Both the position numbers and the translations under genes were made by a program. From sequence record OQ411014.1: a stretch of DNA of 64,000 nucleotides. The stretch is one strand, 5' to 3'. Of this stretch, positions 27,787-37,074 are shown one piece after another (position 1 is the stretch's first letter; every line of letters starts with the position of its first letter). Below the pieces are notes generated by a model. It was not told where the DNA came from, ran no database searches, and saw only the letters and a list, made by a program, of their open reading frames with translations. Origin of the DNA: Escherichia phage EJP2.

Positions 27787-28929
27787 TTAATCTTTTCCAG
27801 CAATTACGATAGAACCAGCAAACCCATCGAGGGCTGTTAGTACTATATCATCTGCGTCATTAACCTGAACCTGAACAGTACAAACTGATGTACCATCATA
27901 TACAGTATATGACATATTGGATTTACCATGTTGTGCTTTGGTAATAGAAGCACTTGAGGAACCATCACCATTTGGTGTCCATGATAGAGCAGAACGGAAT
28001 GGAACACTTTGAGATGTTTTACCAATAATAACAACAACAGCGGCAGACGCAGCACTTTGTGTAACAGTAATGTTACCACTTGCATCTACGTCTACAGTAC
28101 TGAATTGTACTGCGTCATCTTGAGGTTCATGTAACTGAACAACCAGGTCCGCACCACGTCCGTGAATGATAGCAGGAACAGTAGCTTTGTACTGACCATC
28201 TGATTGTATTGCAAAATCAGCAGGAGCAATGTTGATTGAAGTTACATAGTCAGAATCAGCACCATCTGCATATACAGGGAATTGTACTTGAATTTCATTG
28301 TAATTCGGTGAAGTAATTGTTATAGTAGCTGTACCAGTTTGGGAGATAACCACTGGAGAAATACTGAATGTTCCATCTGGATTAACAGTACCTTCATATT
28401 CAGAACCATCTGGTAGAACAATTTTAACAACCATATCAGTAACGTCTAGAGCACCCGAACTAGAGGTGATAGCACCACTAATTTCAGTATCATTAACGTG
28501 AACTGGATTGATTACGATGTTGTCAATATCTGGTAGAGGGATAGTACATGTAGGTGTGTACATATCATAAAGCGTTTTACCAGTACTGAGAATTATTTTG
28601 TTCAATAGGAAACGAATGACGAAACCTTCCTTGGTCTTTTGATCATTGTAACCCCTTACAAAGAAGGTATTGCGTGGAATCTTAGCCAAGATTTGATCGT
28701 TATTTTCTAGATAATCCAGAACTCTACCCTCGGTGTCATAACCAGTGAGTAGTACTTTTTGATAAATTGTGTTTGTCGCAGGATCAATAAGGTCGAACAT
28801 TACATCAGAACGTTGTTTGTATATACGTAACATCTTTTTCTTTGTAAAGTCTCGCAGATATGCCCCATCAACTACAAATCCACAAACCCCATAAGGATAA
28901 TCCCCAACCCCAGCTATCGGTTTAGCCAT
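27787..28929 (-). CDS. Ig-like domain protein (possible virion decoration or adhesin)
   Basis: ORF track 27787..29025 trimmed to ATG (MAKPIAG) preceded by AAGGAG RBS; S/T/V/G-rich beta-sandwich-like repeats. Confidence 0.55.
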   Translation of the reverse strand: MAKPIAGVGDYPYGVCGFVVDGAYLRDFTKKKMLRIYKQRSDVMFDLIDPATNTIYQKVLLTGYDTEGRVLDYLENNDQILAKIPRNTFFVRGYNDQKTKEGFVIRFLLNKIILSTGKTLYDMYTPTCTIPLPDIDNIVINPVHVNDTEISGAITSSSGALDVTDMVVKIVLPDGSEYEGTVNPDGTFSISPVVISQTGTATITITSPNYNEIQVQFPVYADGADSDYVTSINIAPADFAIQSDGQYKATVPAIIHGRGADLVVQLHEPQDDAVQFSTVDVDASGNITVTQSAASAAVVVIIGKTSQSVPFRSALSWTPNGDGSSSASITKAQHGKSNMSYTVYDGTSVCTVQVQVNDADDIVLTALDGFAGSIVIAGKD

Positions 28930-29049
28930 AGATAAACTCCTTTTTTTGTTTTTCATTATGAACGTATTTACCCCTTGACATGTGATTATGCTTGTATTAT
29001 GATACATGCATTGATTGACGCACATGTAATAAAGAACATTAAATGTGTG

Positions 29050-29078
29050 TTGACAGTACTGAATGACTGCTCTATAAT
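29050..29078 (+). promoter_or_regulatory. sigma70-type promoter TTGACA N17 TATAAT
   Basis: Canonical hexamers; CAGTACTG abuts -35. Confidence 0.55.
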
Positions 29079-29123
29079 ACTTACATCAACTACGAACTTA
29101 AAGAAACCATAAGGAATACTAAA

Positions 29124-29702
29124 ATGACTACTCGCTTAAAAATCGTTGACAACAAAATGTCCATCAGCCTGTTCAAAGACGAAGCTGATTCTTACATGGC
29201 TAAAGCAATGGCTAAATCACAGCGTTATAACAACATGCTGAATGGTCGTAAAGCTCCTTACGGTCAGAACCACCCACACAGCCACTACGTTGGTATGGTT
29301 GCTGAACACGCTACTTTAGTACTGATGGAAGAAATCGAACAGCTTCTGAACATTGATATGAAAATCGATGCAGTGTTCCTGGACGACAAGCGTGACAAAG
29401 AATGTGATATCGTTGTGAATGGTCTGCGTATTGAAGTAAAATGCATCAAGTACGGTTCATGGGTAAAATTCGGCCCTTGCATTACTGCCGCTCAACGTAA
29501 GAACATTGAACGCAAAGCTGATGTAGTACTGTGGGCTGTATACAACGAACGTAAACAATCCTTTACGTTTGAAGGTTTCAACCGTGTAGAAGACATTGCT
29601 AACATCCCAACTGAAATGACTGGTGTCCAAGGTCGTGAGAAGATCGAAAACCATCCAGTAATGAGTATCATCAAACCTTTACAGGAGATGCAATTTTGCT
29701 AA
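29124..29702 (+). CDS. hypothetical protein (192 aa), host-optimal codon usage
   Basis: ORF track; TAAGGAA RBS; CTG/CGT/GGT/AAC-rich codon usage unlike neighbours. Confidence 0.6.
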   Translation: MTTRLKIVDNKMSISLFKDEADSYMAKAMAKSQRYNNMLNGRKAPYGQNHPHSHYVGMVAEHATLVLMEEIEQLLNIDMKIDAVFLDDKRDKECDIVVNGLRIEVKCIKYGSWVKFGPCITAAQRKNIERKADVVLWAVYNERKQSFTFEGFNRVEDIANIPTEMTGVQGREKIENHPVMSIIKPLQEMQFC

Positions 29703-29905
29703 AATATTTCTTACACTTCGAAGATGATGATGAGTTTATTGTGGTACGTGAATTTACATTACCACATAAACCACAGAAAGGTGATTTCATTACAATTGGA
29801 ACTGAATACCATTCAGTACAATATGTAGTTCAAGAAGTCGATACGTTCCTTGATATTGAAAGTGCAGCGTATAGTGTGAATGTTCATTTGGAAAAACGAA
29901 AATAA
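29696..29905 (+). CDS. hypothetical protein (69 aa)
   Basis: ORF track. Confidence 0.45.
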   Translation: MLKYFLHFEDDDEFIVVREFTLPHKPQKGDFITIGTEYHSVQYVVQEVDTFLDIESAAYSVNVHLEKRK

Positions 29906-30252
29906 TGAAAATTGTATCAGTACTGGCTGGGTTGATTTTATGTAGTACTCAAGTATTGGCTAGTACAGTCGATACTGATGTGAATTATAAGAAAGAGTAC
30001 AAGACTGGTATTGCATCTGACCCATCATATTGTATTGGTTATGCGGATGCAAAGATGTTCCAGACAGGGAATCAGCAGTACTACGAATGGATGAAACAAT
30101 GGTACGAGGATCAAACTAGTAATACTGATTTGGTCATGAAGCCATTCAATCATCGTTCGTACGTTAACGGTACTGAAATGAATAATAACGATTTGACCGT
30201 TGAATGTGTAATGGAATTTGATTTCATTATCACTGACGAGGTACAACAGTGA
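29905..30252 (+). CDS. secreted protein (signal peptide)
   Basis: ORF track; N-terminus MKIVSVLAGLILCSTQVLAS. Confidence 0.5.
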   Translation: MKIVSVLAGLILCSTQVLASTVDTDVNYKKEYKTGIASDPSYCIGYADAKMFQTGNQQYYEWMKQWYEDQTSNTDLVMKPFNHRSYVNGTEMNNNDLTVECVMEFDFIITDEVQQ

Positions 30253-30258
30253 GGCTCT

Positions 30259-30723
30259 ATGAGTGTATTTGATTTGGTATCTAGTATTTCGTGGATTGAA
30301 GTAATAATCTTTATTGTACTTAGTGCAGTACTGTTCATGTTCATGTTCAACGATGATTACACGTACTGTAAAAAGATTCATAAAGCATGTGCAGAACCAG
30401 TATGGAAATCATTTTGGTATATGCAGTTCATCCCGAATAAGTTCATACGACCGTTTGAAAGCTGGTGTGATGTTTCAACCAGAACAGTCCCCACGATTGA
30501 AACGATTTTATCTCTCTATGAAGATAATCGAGATTCGTTGATTATCAAACTTATACCTACATTAGATGATGATACAATCGAATTCATATGCAAGAGATTA
30601 CCATCCGTATCAATTAGGGTTAGTAACAAAATGGTTGTGAACTACAGGACTGAGCATGTGATTCCACCACGAGTTCTTGTGGGTTTGTTGAATATGTACG
30701 AAATAGAACGAAAGAAAATCTAG
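30259..30723 (+). CDS. membrane protein (154 aa)
   Basis: ORF track; N-terminal TM. Confidence 0.5.
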   Translation: MSVFDLVSSISWIEVIIFIVLSAVLFMFMFNDDYTYCKKIHKACAEPVWKSFWYMQFIPNKFIRPFESWCDVSTRTVPTIETILSLYEDNRDSLIIKLIPTLDDDTIEFICKRLPSVSIRVSNKMVVNYRTEHVIPPRVLVGLLNMYEIERKKI

Positions 30724-30780
30724 ACATATACTTTGAGTGTGTTATAATACAGTCATCAAATAACAAGAAGAGAGGTTTAT

Positions 30781-31230
30781 ATGAACGTACTAGGAACGAA
30801 GTTCAGTACTGCAATGGGTGCACGTAATGGTTGGTTTACTATCAATGAAGTACTGGACGATACTTTCAAACATTACACGTTCAATCAGTGCCTAAAACTC
30901 AAAGTAACTCCAGAAACTAAAGATGACATGAACTTCATCGAGTGGGTTATGTATTGGGAAGGTTCACCCGTTGCAGTGCATTTACACGTTCTAACTACAG
31001 TATTGAGTACTGGTTATGTGAAAGCAACTGTCATCTCTAAGCGTCATGTATTCACTGATGAAATTGGTGAATTCCCAGGTAAACAAGCAATCATTGATGG
31101 TTACATGATTGATGGGAAATTCATGGATAAGAAGGGTGCAGAGGCATATCATACTCGTAAGCTAATGAACGGGAACTTCCGTCCAGCAGCTAAGATCCCT
31201 GATGCAGTCATTCAACCTAAACGTAAGTAA
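30781..31230 (+). CDS. hypothetical protein (149 aa)
   Basis: ORF track. Confidence 0.55.
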   Translation: MNVLGTKFSTAMGARNGWFTINEVLDDTFKHYTFNQCLKLKVTPETKDDMNFIEWVMYWEGSPVAVHLHVLTTVLSTGYVKATVISKRHVFTDEIGEFPGKQAIIDGYMIDGKFMDKKGAEAYHTRKLMNGNFRPAAKIPDAVIQPKRK

Positions 31231-31279
31231 TGTAGTCCCTCCTTAACTGGGGGGATTTAAACACATAAGGACAAAATAA

Positions 31280-31705
31280 ATGTTCAAATATTGTTTCCGT
31301 ACGTATGTAGTACTGTTCTTAGTACCAGCACTGTACTTGATTACTGCACAACTTAGTAAAATCTTCGAAAGTCTTAGCTTTTTGAATTTTACTGCACCAG
31401 AACAGTACAAAATTCTATTGACAATAATGTACGTTTTTTCTTTCATATTGTCAGTACTGATCATTTTCAATTCAGGATGTGACTACCGAGAGTTTCATAT
31501 TTTCAGAAACTTCAAGAACGTAACGTACTCAAAGTTCTGGAGTTATATACTCGCAGTCCCTGTTGTATTGAATTTCCATATTGAGGGCTTCTCGTTCACA
31601 ACTTTTATGCTCTTCATTGAACCAATTGCAATCTATATGTACATCCATCAACATAACCGATTCGTATTGAGTCATAATCTAGTCCACGTAGAGGAACAAC
31701 CATGA
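31280..31705 (+). CDS. multi-pass membrane protein (141 aa)
   Basis: ORF track; several hydrophobic helices. Confidence 0.5.
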   Translation: MFKYCFRTYVVLFLVPALYLITAQLSKIFESLSFLNFTAPEQYKILLTIMYVFSFILSVLIIFNSGCDYREFHIFRNFKNVTYSKFWSYILAVPVVLNFHIEGFSFTTFMLFIEPIAIYMYIHQHNRFVLSHNLVHVEEQP

Positions 31706-32199
31706 ATACGTATATCAGTGGGTTTTACAAGTACTACCTATCGTTCATAACTATATTTGCTATTCTGTTATTGAATGAAACAGAACAATTTGGATCAAAA
31801 TTCCTATCAGAAGGACTAGGAATCTTCCTTCAGGTTATCTTTGCACTGATGGCTGCTATATCAATGCCAGTACTGATCTATGGTATTCATCTTGTTGCGA
31901 GCGATGACCAGGATAGTAAGGACTCGTGTATCCGTGAGTACTGCCAAGCAGCAAAATACAGTACTATAAGTTCTATGATACCGTTTAGTCTAATTATTGT
32001 GTCCATCGCTATGTTCCAATGGAATCTGTGGTTCTTGGGTACGTTTGGATTTATTATGGGTTGTAGTATGTACGTGTATACTAAAGTACTATACAGAGGT
32101 GAGAAACTATTCACTGAAATGGAAGCCCGTAAAGGAACCAAAGCACCAGTTCAACGAGAAGAGCGAGATTATTTCGCACCAGACGATGAGTTACCTTGA
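31702..32199 (+). CDS. multi-pass membrane protein (165 aa)
   Basis: ORF track. Confidence 0.5.
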   Translation: MNTYISGFYKYYLSFITIFAILLLNETEQFGSKFLSEGLGIFLQVIFALMAAISMPVLIYGIHLVASDDQDSKDSCIREYCQAAKYSTISSMIPFSLIIVSIAMFQWNLWFLGTFGFIMGCSMYVYTKVLYRGEKLFTEMEARKGTKAPVQREERDYFAPDDELP

Positions 32200-32224
32200 C
32201 ACGTACCTGAAGAGTAGCTATAAT
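32196..32224 (+). promoter_or_regulatory. sigma70-type promoter TTGACA N17 TATAAT
   Basis: Canonical hexamers upstream of 32260 gene. Confidence 0.55.
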
Positions 32225-32259
32225 ACTTTCATTGAAGCGAAACTAACAAAGGAAACATA

Positions 32260-32514
32260 ATGGATACCGTACAGATTGAATCTTTGACTTCACTTGTTCT
32301 TGATAATGTAAAAGCTGAAGAAGAAATTTCAGTACAAATCAAAGCAGAGTATCAGTGCATTACTGAAAAGCTCCAAGATGCGAAGTACACTGTAACGAAA
32401 GAAATTGAAGAGCATTATAAGAACATTGAACGTCTGTTCCGTGTCAAGCAAGAACACATTGTTCGTCAGAATAACGCTAAGACTGCAATCAATAAACTTC
32501 TGGGAATCGCATAA
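32260..32514 (+). CDS. hypothetical protein (84 aa)
   Basis: ORF track. Confidence 0.5.
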   Translation: MDTVQIESLTSLVLDNVKAEEEISVQIKAEYQCITEKLQDAKYTVTKEIEEHYKNIERLFRVKQEHIVRQNNAKTAINKLLGIA

Positions 32515-32993
32515 TGAAAAACGTACAACAATACATTCAGAACTTCACCGCATATCCAGTATCAGTAATGTTCGGACATATCGATACACCTACTCCTAAG
32601 CAGAAGAAAGCGGAGAAACGTGTAGCAGAAATCTGTGAAGAACTGTATCGTTTTGATTGTACAGTACTATCAGATGTGCGAGCAGCATTCCGCGAGTTAG
32701 ATGTTCTTATCTCCTTGAGTGATGATAAGTTCCGCATCAAGCAAGTGCGTCTAACTCGTATGACTGGTCGTTTGGCATATTTTGTTGACAAAGCGGTTGT
32801 AATGCTCGATAATATGCACAAGAAAGACCAGCAACTTCAGCAGTACTGGCAACCGCTGTCAATGAAAGCTAAAGTACTGAAGGATGAAATCAAATCATTC
32901 CTTATCCAGTACGATACTTCAGTTGATAAGATTGTATTACTGTCTGAATTTGACAATGCATACAAAGAAGCCCAAGAGGAAGATAAGAAATGA
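32514..32993 (+). CDS. hypothetical protein (159 aa)
   Basis: ORF track. Confidence 0.55.
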   Translation: MKNVQQYIQNFTAYPVSVMFGHIDTPTPKQKKAEKRVAEICEELYRFDCTVLSDVRAAFRELDVLISLSDDKFRIKQVRLTRMTGRLAYFVDKAVVMLDNMHKKDQQLQQYWQPLSMKAKVLKDEIKSFLIQYDTSVDKIVLLSEFDNAYKEAQEEDKK

Positions 32994-33490
32994 CAACTGT
33001 TTTCGTGAGTAAAGAATTAGGAATTGCTATTACTGACTCACGAGCCACGTTTCAAGAGTCCAGGAAGTTTCTTGGGCTTTTTAACTTGACTCCATTACCA
33101 TCGTATAAAGTTGTGAATCAAAAGGCTTTGTATGTTCATGACCGTTTATTCTTAGCATGTGGAAGTGTAGATACTATTGATAAAGTATTGCAATATTTCA
33201 TCGACGGTACTAAGTTCAAGATAAACAAGAAAACTCCAAGCTGTGAGTGTCTTCTTCTTGGTAAAGAATACGGTGTACACTTGTACGTGTGGAATGGTAA
33301 GATTCATAAGAAGACTATCTTCTTGGCGTATAATTTTGTACACTTCATGGGGTCTGGTAGTTCTGCCCTACTCAGAAAGTACTACAAGACTTTAGAACGT
33401 AATACACCAGATGAAGTTATTGATATTTTCAAGACTGTACATTTGGATGATAGCTTCACTGACGATAACGTAAATTTATACAGAATCTAG
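32990..33490 (+). CDS. hypothetical protein (166 aa)
   Basis: ORF track. Confidence 0.55.
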   Translation: MTTVFVSKELGIAITDSRATFQESRKFLGLFNLTPLPSYKVVNQKALYVHDRLFLACGSVDTIDKVLQYFIDGTKFKINKKTPSCECLLLGKEYGVHLYVWNGKIHKKTIFLAYNFVHFMGSGSSALLRKYYKTLERNTPDEVIDIFKTVHLDDSFTDDNVNLYRI

Positions 33491-33519
33491 TTGACAGTCT
33501 AAAAGAGATATCATATAAT
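33491..33519 (+). promoter_or_regulatory. sigma70-type promoter TTGACA N17 TATAAT
   Basis: Canonical hexamers upstream of small ORF and sigma gene. Confidence 0.55.
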
Positions 33520-33549
33520 CATTGCATACCACAACGAGAGAGAAACAAA

Positions 33550-33696
33550 ATGAGTACATTCATCGTAGAATATGTTCTGACTGGTCAAAGCATCTGGCAG
33601 GTACAAATGGTAAAAGCATGTAATAAAGAGCAAGCCCAGAGCACGCTCAAGAAAATGATTTCTGGTGTAGTAACCACCAAAGCATACCCAGCATAA
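33550..33696 (+). CDS. small hypothetical protein (48 aa) upstream of sigma factor
   Basis: Uninterrupted frame found by hand; followed by terminator hairpin AATCCGC-TCTGT-GCGGATT plus T-run. Confidence 0.4.
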   Translation: MSTFIVEYVLTGQSIWQVQMVKACNKEQAQSTLKKMISGVVTTKAYPA

Positions 33697-33758
33697 TTTA
33701 GAGCTATAATGAATCCGCTCTGTGCGGATTCTTTTTTTTAATATCAAAGGAGAAAGTA

Positions 33759-34751
33759 ATGACTGTAAAACAACTCAATCTAGAATCTATTCAAGACGAT
33801 ATCATGGATGAATGTTTTGTAAATGAAAACAATACGTTCGAGCGTATTAGTGAACAGTCACATGACAGTACTGAAGAAGTAGAAGAAAGTACTGATGACG
33901 TAGGTTCTTTCAAGACTTACAACACATCTAGCGTTTTACCAGAAGGTGAGACGAATGAATCTATTATTCGTTTAATCCGTGACGGTATCAATGTGAAGCG
34001 TAACATTGACCTTATCGTACGTAACAACGTAGGCTTAGTATATAGCCAAGCACGTCAGTGTACTTGTAATATCCCATTCCAAGATAAAGCACAGTACGCT
34101 TTTGAAGGTCTAATGCGTGCAATCCATCGTTATGATGTGAATCAGAATATTCTTTTCAGTACTTACGCTACTGTGTCTATTCGCCAAACACTCTATAACT
34201 TTGGTAATGATGAAGTTCGTCTAATCAGTATTCCACGTCACTTGTCAGTGGATAACATCAAGATTCAGAACTACATTGAGAAGCATCGTTCTAAGTTCGG
34301 TCGTACCCCAAGTGAAGATGAAATCAGTACTGCTACTGGCATCAAGTTATCCGCAGTGAAACGTGTAGTGCAGTACATGAACAGTAAGCCAATGAGTTTC
34401 GATACTCCAATGGGTTCTGACAGTACTGAAAACGATATGAGCTTAGTGGATGTAATCCCAGGAACTTCCAATGATTACACACTAAGTGCAGATACAGTTC
34501 AGAAAGCACCACTAGATGTAATTGCATTGGTCATGTCTGAACTACCAGAAGAAGAGCAGTTGCTGATCAATAAGATTCACGGCTTGAATGGACATGAAGA
34601 AAGTACTTTTATTGCTCTAGAGACTGCTGGATTGGTAGATGCGAAGGGTAAGAAGCTAACTAACCGTTGCACTATTCATCGTCGTTACAATGCAATACTG
34701 GATAAGATTCGTAATATTCTAAAAGCACGTGACATTTCATTCGATGACTGA
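33759..34751 (+). CDS. RNA polymerase sigma factor, sigma70 family
   Basis: Region 2 match VGLVYSQARQ..FEGLMRAIHRYD..FSTYATVSIRQT and C-terminal region-4-like helix-turn-helix; AAGGAG RBS. Confidence 0.7.
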   Translation: MTVKQLNLESIQDDIMDECFVNENNTFERISEQSHDSTEEVEESTDDVGSFKTYNTSSVLPEGETNESIIRLIRDGINVKRNIDLIVRNNVGLVYSQARQCTCNIPFQDKAQYAFEGLMRAIHRYDVNQNILFSTYATVSIRQTLYNFGNDEVRLISIPRHLSVDNIKIQNYIEKHRSKFGRTPSEDEISTATGIKLSAVKRVVQYMNSKPMSFDTPMGSDSTENDMSLVDVIPGTSNDYTLSADTVQKAPLDVIALVMSELPEEEQLLINKIHGLNGHEESTFIALETAGLVDAKGKKLTNRCTIHRRYNAILDKIRNILKARDISFDD

Positions 34752-34911
34752 TATGATTCGTTACAAGGCAAACAAAGTACAAGGAACTGCTGTTGTAGTT
34801 TTCTTGTACTGGACTGAGAATCCGGTCTATGTTCTGGCAGAGAACAGTACTGTATCGCTGTCGGAGTTCATTGATATAGCAATTGAAGAATTCAAATCAT
34901 TAGAGGAATAA
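34744..34911 (+). CDS. small hypothetical protein (start uncertain)
   Basis: ORF track 34729..34911 (GTG); internal ATG chosen; weak RBS. Confidence 0.35.
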   Translation: MTDMIRYKANKVQGTAVVVFLYWTENPVYVLAENSTVSLSEFIDIAIEEFKSLEE

Positions 34912-34915
34912 TACT

Positions 34916-35287
34916 ATGTTGCACAAAGTTGAAGGTTCAAAGCACAATTGGATTGACGAATACGATATCTATGTTGGGTATGATACTTCCCCGTGTTGTT
35001 GTGAATATGCGGATTACTTCTTGAGTTATGAGATTGAGAGGAATGGAGTACCAGACGAAGAACTAATTGATAAAAGTACTTTCAAATGGGAAGAATACGA
35101 CTTCTATCCATTCGCATCTGCACTGATCGAAAACGTCCCAGGACTTGATGAAGGTGCTATTGCGATGTTCCCAATGATCCACAAAACGACTTCCCGTATG
35201 GTGTACTTGCACTTGTTTAACGCTCACAATGGTTATTACAGCCACGGGTTCGAAAGCAATACATTCATTGGTAACGGTTCTTTATAA
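34916..35287 (+). CDS. hypothetical protein (123 aa)
   Basis: ORF track; AGAGGA RBS. Confidence 0.55.
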   Translation: MLHKVEGSKHNWIDEYDIYVGYDTSPCCCEYADYFLSYEIERNGVPDEELIDKSTFKWEEYDFYPFASALIENVPGLDEGAIAMFPMIHKTTSRMVYLHLFNAHNGYYSHGFESNTFIGNGSL

Positions 35288-35296
35288 GGAATTTTT

Positions 35297-35470
35297 GTGA
35301 AAACTAAAAACTCAAAATCTTTAGGTACATATGTGAATGGTAATCGCTATGCGAAAATCAGTACATGTATTGATTGCAGTACTGGAAATACTTTATACTA
35401 TTACTGTATTCCTGGTGAGCGGGTGTATATCAGTTCAGAAGAATTCAAGAATGAATGGGTAAAAAACTAA
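35297..35470 (+). CDS. small Cys-containing protein (57 aa, GTG start)
   Basis: Uninterrupted frame found by hand; TAAGGAA RBS. Confidence 0.35.
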   Translation: MKTKNSKSLGTYVNGNRYAKISTCIDCSTGNTLYYYCIPGERVYISSEEFKNEWVKN

Positions 35471-35476
35471 AACAAA

Positions 35477-35512
35477 ATGCTTGACTTCGGTCGAGCATTC
35501 TTTTAATATAAT
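35477..35512 (+). promoter_or_regulatory. terminator-promoter module (hairpin containing -35 TTGACT, T-run, -10)
   Basis: ATGCTTGAC-TTCG-GTCGAGCAT hairpin then TTTT then TAATAT. Confidence 0.5.
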
Positions 35513-35549
35513 TGCATCAACTACACTACTACACTTGAGGATAACAATC

Positions 35550-35990
35550 ATGGCTTGGATTCACAGCAATCATTCTGAACTGAACAATTTCGATATCTTT
35601 GCATTCGTGAACATGCAAGAGAAGATCTTCATCAAAGGACGTCTCTGCACGCTCTCTGACGGCTCACGGGCCATCTGTAACATGAACAACAAGGGTGAAG
35701 TACTGGATATCGTTGCTCTTCCTGCGTGGGCTACTGTGCAGCCTGAAGAGGCACTTATGCGTCTACTCTTTGAAGAGATTGGTAAACTTCCAGGTACTGA
35801 TGTGGAGAACAAACTCTTCAACATCAAACACTCCAAGTACAGTGCTGACCAATTATCTGGTTTAACTGATACAGTACTGAAAGAAGTTGTAAGTAATCAA
35901 TGTAACGTAATTCTTAAGTACGTTCCTGAACTGGAACTGACTGAAGAAATGCTAGTGGAATTTGACATCAACGCTAAGGGTTCTCTATGA
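35550..35990 (+). CDS. hypothetical protein (146 aa)
   Basis: ORF track 35481..35990 trimmed (track start is the TTG of the promoter -35); ATG after GAGGA RBS. Confidence 0.55.
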   Translation: MAWIHSNHSELNNFDIFAFVNMQEKIFIKGRLCTLSDGSRAICNMNNKGEVLDIVALPAWATVQPEEALMRLLFEEIGKLPGTDVENKLFNIKHSKYSADQLSGLTDTVLKEVVSNQCNVILKYVPELELTEEMLVEFDINAKGSL

Positions 35991-36349
35991 GACTAATCCT
36001 GTTACTGATTTTGTTAGTAACTGCACAGACGATACCATCTGATTCATATATCGATATAAATCCAGCACGTGAGTTCATTATTTGTACAGACAGAGTAGAC
36101 AGTACTAAAAAGATTGAAGTCCTCTTCGATTCAAGTACTCCAGAATATGTAGTGACGAACAAAGTACAGTACAAATTCATTTCTCACGAAGTTATTGGGG
36201 ATGTAGATGTACTTCAATATAAGTTCGGTTCAAAGACTATGAATTTTGAATTTATTATGCAAGGTGATAAAGTATCTTCTATTCGATTGGAAGTACTTGG
36301 TGCTATCCCTGGTATGGAATTCATGGATGGGGAGTGTAAACTGCTATGA
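35987..36349 (+). CDS. secreted protein (signal peptide)
   Basis: ORF track; N-terminus MRLILLLILLVTAQT. Confidence 0.5.
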   Translation: MRLILLLILLVTAQTIPSDSYIDINPAREFIICTDRVDSTKKIEVLFDSSTPEYVVTNKVQYKFISHEVIGDVDVLQYKFGSKTMNFEFIMQGDKVSSIRLEVLGAIPGMEFMDGECKLL

Positions 36350-36690
36350 TTTCAGTACTGAATAGTATTAGTATTGTTGTTATGATTTTAGCCTGTACCT
36401 ACGCTATCCTAGCTGGGGTGCTCATCTTCTACAAGAAGACTAAGTTCTTGGGGTGGTTACAGATAAGTAAAACTGGCTATTGTTTTGTGTACGGAATAAG
36501 TGCCTTTTGTATATACAGGGATTTATTTTTAGGAGTACTTCCTCCTGATTTCAATGGGTACAACTTTAGTGCAGTGTTCTTATTGTTTTATATTGTACTT
36601 ATTGTGCTTGGTCTTTGTATACCGTATGTACTTATAGTTGGTGTTTCAAAGGTACTTGAGTACCGTAAACGTATTCCTGATGAGGATTGA
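36346..36690 (+). CDS. multi-pass membrane protein (114 aa)
   Basis: ORF track. Confidence 0.5.
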   Translation: MISVLNSISIVVMILACTYAILAGVLIFYKKTKFLGWLQISKTGYCFVYGISAFCIYRDLFLGVLPPDFNGYNFSAVFLLFYIVLIVLGLCIPYVLIVGVSKVLEYRKRIPDED

Positions 36691-36693
36691 TAA

Positions 36694-37023
36694 ATGAAGA
36701 TGGAAGACTTAGTAGAACTATTACAGCCGTACGCTACAGTACTATTTTTGATTGCTTCAATGTATACTGTTGTAACTCTAGTACTTGGATTCTTCAAGTA
36801 TCGAACACTAGCTAAACGCTTAGACGAGAACTTATGGCTCTCTGTTCCTAGTATCTTTAGTGTAGCTATTAGTATTGCAAACTATTTTATTGAAGATCGT
36901 ATGTTCGCTGCTATTATGTTATTATTTGTTTTGGTTGGGGTAACATTTGTAGGTACTATCTATGCAATGTGTAAAGGATTTGTGTACGTTCGTTCCAAGA
37001 TACCAGATCCAGAACAAGAATAA
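36694..37023 (+). CDS. multi-pass membrane protein (109 aa)
   Basis: ORF track; ends KIPDPEQE like previous gene (RIPDED). Confidence 0.5.
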   Translation: MKMEDLVELLQPYATVLFLIASMYTVVTLVLGFFKYRTLAKRLDENLWLSVPSIFSVAISIANYFIEDRMFAAIMLLFVLVGVTFVGTIYAMCKGFVYVRSKIPDPEQE

Positions 37024-37029
37024 TTCTAA

Positions 37030-37058
37030 TTAATGCTCACTTCGGTGAGCATTTTTTT
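37030..37058 (+). terminator. rho-independent terminator
   Basis: GCTCAC-TTCG-GTGAGC hairpin followed by TTTTTTTT. Confidence 0.6.
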
Positions 37059-37074
37059 TATTTTGTGATATAAT
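37045..37074 (+). promoter_or_regulatory. extended -10 promoter (GTGAGC N~16 TGTGATATAAT)
   Basis: Fifth copy of the TGTGATATAAT block; drives a ~580 nt ORF-free region. Confidence 0.45.
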
